Positions 1 through 8,379 of a DNA stretch of 35,286 bases are shown here, piece after piece. The DNA is from Thermofilaceae archaeon. Its GTDB lineage: Archaea; Thermoproteota; Thermoprotei; Thermofilales; Thermofilaceae. Positions within the stretch are counted from its first letter, which is position 1. Each line of letters begins with the position of its first letter. Below the pieces are notes generated by a model that was not told where the DNA came from, did not search any database, and saw only the letters and a list, made by a program, of their open reading frames with translations. The stretch lies in assembly GCA_038727095.1 (NCBI GenBank), contig JAVYWK010000020.1:1-35286 (forward strand), in the 5' to 3' direction. Both the position numbers and the translations under genes were made by a program.

Positions 1-194
1 TAGAGCTGCAAGCCGAGCTCGAAGTACTTCTCGAAGGCCAGGAGGAGCGTACCTGAGAAGCCCGTGTCCACCTTAGCCTCCACTTCGACCCGCCTCCGGC
101 CGGTGGGCGTGTAGACCACGAGTGGGATTACCGGCGCGGGAGGGCTCTCAGCGCTGCTGTAGTAGCCCCTAGCTACAATTCCACCAGGCTCCAA
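1..194 (-). CDS. Clan AA (retropepsin-like) aspartic protease, partial (3' end outside window)
   Basis: Not in the ORF track. Manual minus-strand translation from TTG 194 gives MEPGGIVARGYYSSAESPPAPVIPLVVYTPTGRRRVEVEAKVDTGFSGTLLLAFEKYFELGLQL..., with the D-T-G-F aspartyl protease motif. Overlaps the end of the upstream gene. Confidence 0.8.
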   Translation of the reverse strand, partial: MEPGGIVARGYYSSAESPPAPVIPLVVYTPTGRRRVEVEAKVDTGFSGTLLLAFEKYFELGLQL

Positions 195-574
195 CCCAGC
201 TCCACCTCAGCTCTCCCTCTCCTAGCCGCTGAGAGCTGCTCAATAACCCCCTGACTGGCTCCCACCCTCTCAATGGCTGCCGCCGCCTCCTCAAGGGTTG
301 GGAAAACTCCGAGGAGCTTGCCCCCCGCGAAAGCCGCGTAAAAGCCCTCGTGACTCCTCACGAGCTCCTCGCGAAGCTTCTCGAAAGCCCTCCTGTTCAG
401 CTCCGCCTCCCTCTCCACTTCCTCTGCCAAGGCGTGAAACTCGGGCTTCACGGAGAGCCAGAGCCTCAAAGCCTCCTCAAACGCATCTTTAACTCTAATG
501 CCTCTGAGAGCGGCAACTGCCTTAACCCTCCTGTAGAGCTCCTCGTCCAAACCCCTCACTCCGACTACCCTCAC
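173..574 (-). CDS. N-terminal RHH-like domain fused to a DUF5678-like domain; partner of the downstream protease
   Basis: N-terminus VVGVRGLDEELYRRVKAVAALRGIRVKDAFEEALRLW has the beta-alpha-alpha RHH pattern. C-terminus HEGFYAAFAGGKLLGVFPTLEEA resembles DUF5678. Confidence 0.7.
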   Translation of the reverse strand: MRVVGVRGLDEELYRRVKAVAALRGIRVKDAFEEALRLWLSVKPEFHALAEEVEREAELNRRAFEKLREELVRSHEGFYAAFAGGKLLGVFPTLEEAAAAIERVGASQGVIEQLSAARRGRAEVELGWSLVEL

Positions 575-578
575 GCAA

Positions 579-620
579 TTGAAAACAAGTTTACATGTTA
601 TAAAGTTAACTAGTTAATTC
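579..620. promoter_or_regulatory. AT-rich divergent promoter (TATA-like TTATAAAG at 598-605, readable on both strands)
   Basis: Lies ~25 nt upstream of the minus-strand start at 574 and would start a plus-strand transcript near 630. Contains short palindromes ACATGT and GTTAAC. Confidence 0.55.
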
Positions 621-644
621 ACCTCTAGCTTAACCGAAAGCGCA

Positions 645-885
645 GTGACGCTCCCCCTTAGGGCCTGTGGGGTTCCGTCCATGATCGGGGAGAGCGAGCA
701 TTTCAGTGTGACAAGGGACGCTCAGCCGGGTGCGACGCAGCGTACGTCGGCTACTTGCAGGCCTATTCGAGCGTACAATCAACGTGCCCGTTCCGACCCG
801 TTTCTCCCGGCTCCAGTCGGTGAGCGGGTTACTCTTTCTCGGCTGAGGCCAAGTGCTCGCTTTGCCTTTCACCGATGGAGCGTGA
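645..885 (+). ncRNA. Putative structured non-coding RNA, family unknown
   Basis: Nested helices 648-654/877-883, 684-688/872-876, 691-703/851-863 (13 bp) and 721-730/838-847 (10 bp), plus hairpins 733-749 and 795-830. Non-Watson-Crick pairs within the helices are G-U on the plus strand. Confidence 0.5.
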
Positions 886-999
886 TCCACCACTTCCTCG
901 TAAAACAGTCTTCGAGCAGCGGCACGTTTTGTAGGGTGCGCGTTAGGGTTTTGAGGCACGTCCCGAGAGGCGCAGGCGATAGCCAGATGGGGTTTGCGG

Positions 1000-1509
1000 A
1001 TGAGGGTTTTGGTGATTCTCGGTACGGGTAGGGAGGGGCGTAAGTCGGAGCTTGTGGCGAGGTTCGTTGTTGAGGGTCTTCGGGAGCTGGGTTTTGACGC
1101 TGAGCTGATCGATGTGAGGGACTACCCGTTCTGTTTTACGCGTAGGGGCGACGGCTCAGCGCAGGTTGAGACTTTTCGGAGGAAGATTGTTGAGGCTGAA
1201 GCCCTCGTGATCGTATCGCCCGAGTACAACCGGAGCTACCCTGGTGAGTTGAAGATGCTTCTAGATACGCTGTACGACGAGTACGCCGATCTACCCGTTG
1301 GCATCGTAACCGTATCGGCTGGATGGGGTGGCTCCGGCGTCCTGAGCGAGCTGAGGCAGCTCTGCTTGAATCTAGGCATGCTCCCGGTGGGGCACTTTGC
1401 GGTCCAGAATGTCAACCAGTTCCGATCTGTGGATGATCTTTCTAAAATGTACAGGGATAGCCTGGTGGAGCTTGCTCAGCGCATGAACCGGTACGCAAGG
1501 GGGCGCTAG
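1000..1509 (+). CDS. NAD(P)H-dependent FMN reductase (flavodoxin-like fold)
   Basis: Motifs ILGTGREGRKS and SPEYNRSYPGELKMLLD. ATG at 1000 preferred over the track's 994. Confidence 0.9.
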   Translation: MRVLVILGTGREGRKSELVARFVVEGLRELGFDAELIDVRDYPFCFTRRGDGSAQVETFRRKIVEAEALVIVSPEYNRSYPGELKMLLDTLYDEYADLPVGIVTVSAGWGGSGVLSELRQLCLNLGMLPVGHFAVQNVNQFRSVDDLSKMYRDSLVELAQRMNRYARGR

Positions 1510-1621
1510 CCTCGATCACGACTCAGGAGAAAAGTATTCAGTGGCGCTGCGCAACCGCTGCTTAATAGTTGACGTCTGCGTTGGCCGCTAAGCATAATAT
1601 CGTGGGATCCCCGCTCCATCG

Positions 1622-2500
1622 ATGTTCGTCTCGATAAGGGATTTCACGGTGAGATGGGTTGGCTATAGCAGCCTTTTTGACGGTTTGAGAGATCTTGGCA
1701 TCAGCAGTTTCGAGCTTTACGTGGATCGAAGCTTGAAGACCAGCAGGTACGTGGATATGGGGTACGAGGTTATGCTGGGCTTCGATGTCTCCACGAGGGA
1801 GAACAGGGTGAAGCTGAGGCGCCTTCTGGAGAGCGAGGGGGTCGGTGTTTGCGCCGTGCTCGTGGAGAACGACTTCTCCATGGAGCTGGAAAAGGAGGTC
1901 GAGTACGTTGTTAGAGCCTGTGAAGTGGCTTCAGATCTCGGTGTGAGCGTGGTGCGAATCAACGCTGTCATGAGGGAGGCCGCCGGCTACCTGCTGGAGG
2001 ACTACATCGATAGGACGGCGAGGGCTGTGAAGGAGTGCTTAAGGAGGTGTAACGGTCTTGGAGTCAGCCTGGCCGTTGAGAACCACGGCACGATAGCTAA
2101 CCGAAAGGAGTTCCTCGTCGGGCTCCTGGAGAGAGTGGGTAGCGAATACTTCGGGCTAACGCTGGATACGGGCAACTTCTACTGGTACGGCTACCCGCTA
2201 AACCAGGTGTACGAAATCATCAGCGAGCTGGCTGGCTACGTGAAGCACACCCATGTCAAGAACGCCCGCGCGCCACCCGGTAGAGCTCAGGAGGTGCGGA
2301 AGCCCGGTGAGGTTGAAATGGCACCCCTGTACGAGGGGGATATCGACCTCCCGCGAGTGCTATCGACGCTCAGGAGGGCGGGCTACGATTACGATGCAAA
2401 CATCGAGGATGAATCCCTAGGGGACTTCGCGGGGGAGGAGAGAAAGATGGTCTTGAAGCGGGACATCTCTTACATCAAGAGCATCATAAGCAGCCTCTAG
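1622..2500 (+). CDS. Sugar phosphate isomerase/epimerase (xylose isomerase-like TIM barrel)
   Basis: Metal-binding motifs LAVENHG, LDTGN, HTHVKN and NIEDE. Confidence 0.85.
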   Translation: MFVSIRDFTVRWVGYSSLFDGLRDLGISSFELYVDRSLKTSRYVDMGYEVMLGFDVSTRENRVKLRRLLESEGVGVCAVLVENDFSMELEKEVEYVVRACEVASDLGVSVVRINAVMREAAGYLLEDYIDRTARAVKECLRRCNGLGVSLAVENHGTIANRKEFLVGLLERVGSEYFGLTLDTGNFYWYGYPLNQVYEIISELAGYVKHTHVKNARAPPGRAQEVRKPGEVEMAPLYEGDIDLPRVLSTLRRAGYDYDANIEDESLGDFAGEERKMVLKRDISYIKSIISSL

Positions 2501-2622
2501 CAGGTTGCCGATTGCTCTGCGTGCACCGGCTTACGGGCTTTCACGATGGCCGGCTTCTGAACATTGGGTGGTCGAGCATTTCGGGGTGAAAACCATTTTG
2601 GAGCCAGCGTTGGTGTGCATTC

Positions 2623-3804
2623 GTGAAGGCTGAAGTCTACGGCTTTGAGGTTTCCTTCAGCAGGGTGAGGGTTACACCCGAGAAGCCCGTCTACCTGGCC
2701 GGTCTCGCGCGCCCTCGGGTCAGCAAGGGTGTCCACGACGACTTGTACGCGAGGTGCATGCTGATCTCGCTGGGCAACGCTTCTCTAGCTCTCGTGGGGG
2801 TCGACTCGATAGGGCTGCAGTACTGCGACGTGAAGGTAGTGAAGGAAAAGCTACTGAAGCGCAACATTCACGCGATAGTGGGGTCGACGCACGACCACAG
2901 CAGCCCCGACGTGATAGGGCTCTGGGGACCTGATACCGAGACCAGCGGTGTCGACCCCGAGTACGTCGGCTTCCTCCGCGAGTCGATCGTGGAGTGCGTT
3001 GAGAAGGCCGCGGAGGATTTGAGGCGAGCCAAGCTGGAGATCGTACTAGCGCGCCTCCCCGATGGGGTTGCGAAGAACACGAGGGATCCGGGGCTCATCG
3101 ACAGGGACGTTGTAGCGCTGTTCGCTGAAGCCCTCGGTGGGGAGAGGCTGGGCGTACTGGTGAACTTCGGGCTCCACCCGGAGGTTCTATGGAGCGATAA
3201 CCTCCTGATCACCGCCGACTTCCCCTACTACATGTTGTCAAAGCTCGAGAGGGAGTACGGCGGGACGGGGGTCTTCCTCAACGGTGCTCTCGGCGGAATG
3301 GTGACCCCCGACGTTACGGAGCATAGCTTTGCTGAAGCGGAGCGGGTGGGTGCCTCGATAGCGGAATCGGTCTTGAAAGCCGCGGGAGCCAGATCCACGG
3401 CCTACTCCTCCCCCTCGCTCACGGTGTTTTCGAGAGAGGTTGAGCTGACCGTCCAGAACAAAGCCTTCCTGGAGCTGGCTGAGAAAGGCGTGGTGAGGAG
3501 GGCCGACCGACGGGGGGATAGGATTGCCAGCGTCGTCAACTACTTCAGGATCACCCCCCTCCTTGAGGGAGTCAGCCTGCCGGGCGAGCCTCTCCCGAGG
3601 CTGGGGCTAGAGGTGAAGTCGATGCTTAAGGCGCCGTTCAGGATGCTCGTCGGGCTGGGAGACGATGAGATTGGGTACCTAATCCCGGCTGAGGATTGGA
3701 CCGAGGGTAGGTATGAGGAGAGTATGAGCTTGGGATACCACGCCGCGCCACTACTGCTAGGGGAGCTGAAGCGCCTCCTGGAGCTGGCGGGTTGCACGAC
3801 GTAG
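2623..3804 (+). CDS. Neutral/alkaline ceramidase-like metallo-amidohydrolase
   Basis: Motifs GVHDDLYAR, STHDHSSPD, NFGLHPEV, ADFP, FLNGALGG and LPGEP. Confidence 0.7.
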   Translation: MKAEVYGFEVSFSRVRVTPEKPVYLAGLARPRVSKGVHDDLYARCMLISLGNASLALVGVDSIGLQYCDVKVVKEKLLKRNIHAIVGSTHDHSSPDVIGLWGPDTETSGVDPEYVGFLRESIVECVEKAAEDLRRAKLEIVLARLPDGVAKNTRDPGLIDRDVVALFAEALGGERLGVLVNFGLHPEVLWSDNLLITADFPYYMLSKLEREYGGTGVFLNGALGGMVTPDVTEHSFAEAERVGASIAESVLKAAGARSTAYSSPSLTVFSREVELTVQNKAFLELAEKGVVRRADRRGDRIASVVNYFRITPLLEGVSLPGEPLPRLGLEVKSMLKAPFRMLVGLGDDEIGYLIPAEDWTEGRYEESMSLGYHAAPLLLGELKRLLELAGCTT

Positions 3805-3923
3805 CGGGCAGCTAGTGCGGTTCCCAGCATGAACGGCTCCTCACCTCTCAGGCCGCCGCGGCTCCTCCGCCTGCGCTCCTTCAATGTAATGCTTTTATAG
3901 CTCGTAAATACTGTAATGCAAGT

Positions 3924-4166
3924 ATGGCCGTGATCACCGTTCGGATCGACGAAGAGACGAGGAGGATGATGAAGCAGATCAGGATCAACTGGAGCGAGTT
4001 CATCAGGAGCGCTGTGAAAGCCAAGATAGAGGAGGAGAAGAGGAGGAATCTCGCGAAAGCGCTCCTGTTAAGCGAGAGGCTCAGGAAGAAGAGCGCGGGC
4101 GAGCCTCCAGCTGAGGAGATTGTGAGAGCCTTCAGGGAGAGCCTCTATGCTCGAAGCGGTGGTTGA
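3924..4166 (+). CDS. vapB: VapB-type antitoxin (RHH/CopG-like)
   Basis: VITVRIDEETRRMMKQIRINWSEFIRSAV pattern; overlaps the downstream PIN gene. Confidence 0.85.
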   Translation: MAVITVRIDEETRRMMKQIRINWSEFIRSAVKAKIEEEKRRNLAKALLLSERLRKKSAGEPPAEEIVRAFRESLYARSGG

Positions 4167-4563
4167 CGCGAGCGTTGTTGTCAAGTGGTTTGTGGAGGAG
4201 GAAGGATCGGATAAGGCGCTGGAAGTTCGAGACCGCTACGTTAACGGTGAACTGAAGCTGATCGCTCCTGAGCTCCTCCCTTTCGAGGTCTTGAACGCCC
4301 TCTACTACGAGAGGCTGTTCACAATTGGGGAATTGAAGAGCGTCGCGGAGGCGTTGGACGCCTTCTTCTTCGAGCTGTACCCCCTCAGAGGTGAGTACGC
4401 TAAGCTGACACTGGAGGTTGCGCAGGAGAACAACATTACGATCTACGATGCCGCCTACGTATCCCTCGCGATACTCAAGAACACTCGCCTCTACACCGCA
4501 GACGCGAAGCTAAAGGAGAGGTTGACCGGGAAGCACTCAAACTACGTTACGCTACTAAAGTGA
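4147..4563 (+). CDS. vapC: VapC PIN-domain ribonuclease toxin
   Basis: Acidic PIN motifs VVDASVVVKWF, EVLNAL, TIYDAAYV and LYTADAKL. Confidence 0.92.
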   Translation: MLEAVVDASVVVKWFVEEEGSDKALEVRDRYVNGELKLIAPELLPFEVLNALYYERLFTIGELKSVAEALDAFFFELYPLRGEYAKLTLEVAQENNITIYDAAYVSLAILKNTRLYTADAKLKERLTGKHSNYVTLLK

Positions 4564-4768
4564 CTTCGCTTCGTAGGCTGTGCATGACATAGCGCCAGAG
4601 CGAAACGGTGACCCGCTGCGATCGTGCTCCGATTTGTCCGATGCGTTGATGAGTGGGAAGTGGGAGGCTGCTCGATGCACACCCAAGCGCGCCCTGTCAG
4701 ACCGATTAGAGCCTCTTTTACCGCTAAAGGATACATTAATCTGCGTTATTGATAAGCATAATCTTAGG

Positions 4769-5035
4769 ATGGGTAAGGCAAGGCCAAGGAAGTGCCCGGT
4801 GTGCGGGGCTCCGCTGAAAAGCGGGGCAGGAGCGTGGGGGCACGCTTACAAGCACTTGGAGGAGGCAGCGCGGGAAGGCATAATCACGATGGAGAGAGTA
4901 GGCGGTTCGTGGGTGATTCGCTACAACGATAAGACGATCATAGGGGCCGGCTGGACCGCTTTGGAGGAGCTAGCTCCAGTTCTACGGAGCAGGTGGAGAG
5001 TGTGGAGCGAACGAGATGCATCTTCTATCATTTAA
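4769..5035 (+). CDS. Small C2H2-type zinc-finger protein
   Basis: From ATG 4769: MGKARPRKCPVCGAPLKSGAGAWGHAYKH (C-x2-C-x12-H-x3-H), preceded by an AT-rich stretch. Confidence 0.65.
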   Translation: MGKARPRKCPVCGAPLKSGAGAWGHAYKHLEEAAREGIITMERVGGSWVIRYNDKTIIGAGWTALEELAPVLRSRWRVWSERDASSII

Positions 5036-5178
5036 CCGCACAAGGGCTCCGATGCGTGCTCGCTAGCCCTGAGGAGTGGAGAGCCCTATTGGCAAACGGC
5101 CGTAAACCACCCTGTCTAGGCGGCCAGGACGTGTGCCCCTTCCGGAATAGAGTAAAGGCGAAAGCCGTTCAGCGGTAA
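4993..5178 (+). CDS. Small four-Cys hypothetical protein
   Basis: 61 aa with CIFY...RC...PCLGGQDVCPF. GAGCAGG lies just upstream of/at the GTG start; overlaps the previous gene. Confidence 0.5.
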   Translation: MESVERTRCIFYHLTAQGLRCVLASPEEWRALLANGRKPPCLGGQDVCPFRNRVKAKAVQR

Positions 5179-5344
5179 GGCGTGTTGGAATCCTCGAGCA
5201 AACAGCAGCTAACAAGTCCAACGCTGCTGGTGACTGCCTCAGCCGTCTTTGATAGTGAGGTAGCGGGAAGCTTTCCGTTAGAGTTGCTTGACTCCTGCGT
5301 TAACGAGGAAAAGATATTTTAACTCGCTTCCCCCTCTATCCACG

Positions 5345-6256
5345 GTGTCGGGCAAATCAATTACTTTCATCAGCATTAAAGGGGGTGTCGGGAAGACAAC
5401 CATCTCCGTCAACATCGCCCAAGAGCTCGCGGAAAGGATCGGTGGCAGTGACAGGGTACTCGTCGTAGACCTTGATGCACAAGCAGGGAGCAGCCTCTAC
5501 ATTCTCGGCTATGACAGGTTGAGGCAGCTCGAACAGATGGGGAAGACGCTCTACCACCTGATGAAGGCCAAACTCGTCGAAGCTGGTGTTGACGCATCGG
5601 AGTACATCGTGCAGGCTGGAGGTTCTTGGAGTTCTAGACTACACGTGCTGCCTGGCAGCGCGAGGATCCTAGAGATCGAGCAAGAACTACTAGCCAGAAG
5701 AGGGGTTTGGCTGCTCGAGCTTCGCAGCATTATCGAGGAGCTTAAGAGGAAGGGGTTCCGCTACATCTTCGTTGACCCACCGGCTTCCTTTACTGCACTA
5801 TCGAGAGCGGCTCTAGCGGCGTGCGACTACTTCCTCATCCCGGTCATCCCTGATGAGTTTGGGTTGAACGCGCTCGAGTTCTTTAGGAGCGACATCTTCA
5901 ACAGCACGGTTTACGAGCTCGCTCGAACGCGTGATGCACTAGGATCGCGCTTGGAGCTTCCTGTTTGCGGTGGGATCTTCTTCAATAAGGTAGAGCCCAG
6001 AAGCAAGTTTCACAGCGAAATGATGGAGAGGATAAGGAGGGAGGCAGGGAAACTTAAGTTGTACAACAAGATCCCCATACCTGTGTATTCATCGTACCTA
6101 CACGACTACATCGCGTACCCAAAGGCCCTTAACGAGCACGTACCCGTTAAGAAGCTGAGGGACGACTCGAGGAAGAAGCCCGTGGAGGAGTTAGCGAGGT
6201 TCTACGAGGAGTTCCATGAGTACGTGATCAACGATAGAGCTAGGGAGCTCAAATGA
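5345..6256 (+). CDS. ParA/Soj/MinD-family ATPase
   Basis: Deviant Walker A KGGVGKTT, A' motif VDLDAQ, Walker B FVDPP. GTG 5345 lies ~25 nt after the TATA-like TATTTTAA. Confidence 0.9.
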   Translation: MSGKSITFISIKGGVGKTTISVNIAQELAERIGGSDRVLVVDLDAQAGSSLYILGYDRLRQLEQMGKTLYHLMKAKLVEAGVDASEYIVQAGGSWSSRLHVLPGSARILEIEQELLARRGVWLLELRSIIEELKRKGFRYIFVDPPASFTALSRAALAACDYFLIPVIPDEFGLNALEFFRSDIFNSTVYELARTRDALGSRLELPVCGGIFFNKVEPRSKFHSEMMERIRREAGKLKLYNKIPIPVYSSYLHDYIAYPKALNEHVPVKKLRDDSRKKPVEELARFYEEFHEYVINDRARELK

Positions 6257-6726
6257 CTCGCGACTTCAGAGATGAAAGCGAGGCTCAAATGTTCATCGGC
6301 TTCGCACTGAGGACTCGCGGTACGGTGTACTTCAGGAAGAGGATTCCCGGCGCAGGACTACCGGACATCGACATCCTCCTCGAAGCCGGCGAACTGATCG
6401 GCTACGAGGTCAAGTACTTCCCCGCCAGAGAGTCCCTCAAAGCCCACGAGGGGGTCGGCGAGACGCTGGCCATCCTCCTCTACGGCCTAGACAAGGCCTA
6501 CCTCGTCCACGTCTTCGACTCTGGGCTCGGCAATAAGTATCAGGAGGCCGTCGCTCAGACCGCCAAGCTTGTCAGCCTACTCCCCATCGGGTACCTCTAC
6601 TGCATCGGTAGAGCAGAGCTGAAGACCGTCAAGGAGCCTGAAACCAACCCCTTCCTCAACGATCCTCGAGTAAAAGGTATTAGGGAGAGGCTTCTGCAGG
6701 CGCTGAGCGGGCAATCCTCTTCTTAG
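6253..6726 (+). CDS. PD-(D/E)xK restriction-endonuclease-fold protein
   Basis: ESEAQ ... PDIDILL ... GYEVKY motif; ATGA overlap with the ParA-family gene. Confidence 0.7.
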   Translation: MTRDFRDESEAQMFIGFALRTRGTVYFRKRIPGAGLPDIDILLEAGELIGYEVKYFPARESLKAHEGVGETLAILLYGLDKAYLVHVFDSGLGNKYQEAVAQTAKLVSLLPIGYLYCIGRAELKTVKEPETNPFLNDPRVKGIRERLLQALSGQSSS

Positions 6727-6996
6727 TGCTGAGTACTTTGGCTACGGCACAGGTCGATCCACGTGCAAGCTGCACATGGTTGTAGCCGGGCGGGATGAAC
6801 GCTACGATGCGGAAAACTTCCTCGTTCCTCGCGCTCACGCCCTCAGGCTACCTGGCGAGTGTAAAAGGCCTCCAGCTGCCGGAGAGGTGTGGAAGAGCCG
6901 TGGGTCGGCTGGCTCTAGCCTGCGAGCTTGGCTCGCGGTACTGCTGCTCGGCGGTTGAAGCGGGTTGCGCCCCGCAAGGGCGTCGTAAAGCATATG

Positions 6997-7031
6997 AGTT
7001 CCGGTGCGGAACTAGGTTCCGGTGCGGAACC
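6997..7031. repeat. Two tandem perfect 17-bp palindromes (18-bp period); putative operator
   Basis: AGTTCCG-GTG-CGGAACT (6997-7013) and GGTTCCG-GTG-CGGAACC (7015-7031), directly abutting the GTG start at 7032. Confidence 0.85.
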
Positions 7032-8072
7032 GTGGCGCTTTTCGACCTTAGGCCGAAGACTTCAAGGAGGGATCTCTTCGGTAGGGAGAGGGAGCTCGAG
7101 CAGCTGCACAGGGCTGTGGAACGGGGCTTGCCGCTGATCGCGGTGCTTGGTGTGAGGCGTGTGGGGAAGACGAGCTTGCTGAAGACTTTCCTCGGCGAGG
7201 TTGACGGGATCTACGTGGACATGAGGGGGGTTGTCCGGAGGGTTGACCTCGAGGTTAGGGTTTCGGATGCTCTGGGTGAGTCGCTGGGGAGGTTGAGGAG
7301 GTTTCTTGAAGGCGTGAGGGGGGTGAGCGTCGCCGGCTTCTCGCTGGAGGTGAGGTGGAGAGGTAGGGACTCGGTGAGCTTGGCTGGGCTGCTCGAGGAG
7401 CTGAACAGGAGGGTTGAACGCTTCGTCTTCGTGCTTGACGAGGTGCAGGCTGCCCGCCCGCCTGTCTCGGCCGAGCTGAGGAGCTTGCTGGCTTACGCTT
7501 ACGACAACCTTGACCGCGTGACGTTCATCGTGGCGGGCTCCGAGGTTGGGATGCTCAGGAGCTTCCTCAAGCTGGAGGACCCCTCCTCGCCTCTCTACGG
7601 GAGGGGCGTGCTCGAGCTCCCGGTGGAGCGGTTCAGCCCGGAGGAGTCGAGAGAGTTCCTCATCAGGGGGTTCAGGGAAGAGGGCGTAGAGGCGCCGCCC
7701 GAGGCGGTCGAGGAGGCAGTGAGCTTCTTCGACGGGATCGTGGGGTGGCTCGTCCTCTACGGGAGGATGTACGTCGACGGGGAGAGGAGCTTCGAAATGC
7801 TGAGGAGAGCTGCAGTGGAGCTCGCCCTGGAGGAGCTCAGCAGGCTGAGCGAGAGGGAGAAGCTCGTAGTGAAAGCTGTAGCGCACGGCTGCAAGAGCTG
7901 GGCGCAAGTGCGCAGCTACATTGCCGAAGAGACGGGGGTAGTCCTCCCGAAGGCCACTCTCTCCCGCATCATCGAAAAGCTGGAGAAGCTCAGCATCTTG
8001 AAGGATTACGAATTTCTAGACCCAGTGTACCGCGAGGCTTCCAAGAAGCTGTTGTCAGCCGTTAAACCTTGA
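7032..8072 (+). CDS. Archaeal P-loop ATPase (ATPase_2/STAND-like) with C-terminal winged HTH
   Basis: LFDLRPK..LFGRERE start, Walker A GVRRVGKTS, Walker B FVLDEVQ, AGSEVG, SPLYGR, and C-terminal wHTH SWAQVR...PKATLSRIIEKL. The track's 6795 start is probably overextended. Confidence 0.9.
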   Translation: MALFDLRPKTSRRDLFGRERELEQLHRAVERGLPLIAVLGVRRVGKTSLLKTFLGEVDGIYVDMRGVVRRVDLEVRVSDALGESLGRLRRFLEGVRGVSVAGFSLEVRWRGRDSVSLAGLLEELNRRVERFVFVLDEVQAARPPVSAELRSLLAYAYDNLDRVTFIVAGSEVGMLRSFLKLEDPSSPLYGRGVLELPVERFSPEESREFLIRGFREEGVEAPPEAVEEAVSFFDGIVGWLVLYGRMYVDGERSFEMLRRAAVELALEELSRLSEREKLVVKAVAHGCKSWAQVRSYIAEETGVVLPKATLSRIIEKLEKLSILKDYEFLDPVYREASKKLLSAVKP

Positions 8073-8379
8073 AATGATGTATGTGAACTCGATGAACCAC
8101 GCTTCACCTCGATAATAGGGGGACGGGTCTCAGGAAAGCTAAGAGCATCCTAGCTGACCGTTCCTTCATCTTCTCAGCCGGGGGCAGAGTGCAGGGCTCA
8201 CTCTTTTCGTGGGCTGAGTGGTAGACCCCATCGCTGGCTAGCCTGCTTTGAGTGGCGGGTCCCCCTTAAGAGTGGCAGCAGGCTACCTTCTACTGTTTCG
8301 GGATACTAAAGCGCGCGAGTAGCCTGAAACATGTCCGCACTTTCTTCTCCACTACTCTGTTACCTGTCAGCTCCGCTCT

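Noticed and set aside
645-885. SRP RNA, RNase P RNA or FMN riboswitch identity
   Set aside because: The overall shape is SRP-like, but the helix-8 CAGG..GGAA..AGCA motif, the RNase P GAGGAAAGUCC motif and FMN-aptamer conserved blocks are absent on both strands.
630-1031. ORFs 630..959(-) and 645..1031(+) as proteins
   Set aside because: Arg/Ser/Pro-rich composition unlike host genes and no motifs; the region is better explained by RNA structure.
6997-7031. Mini CRISPR array
   Set aside because: Only two 17-bp units separated by 1 nt; no spacers and no cas genes.
7062-7907. Long antisense ORFs (also 16603..17256, 18698..19285, 26823..27356, 33839..34471)
   Set aside because: Shadow frames opposite well-supported genes in GC-rich sequence.
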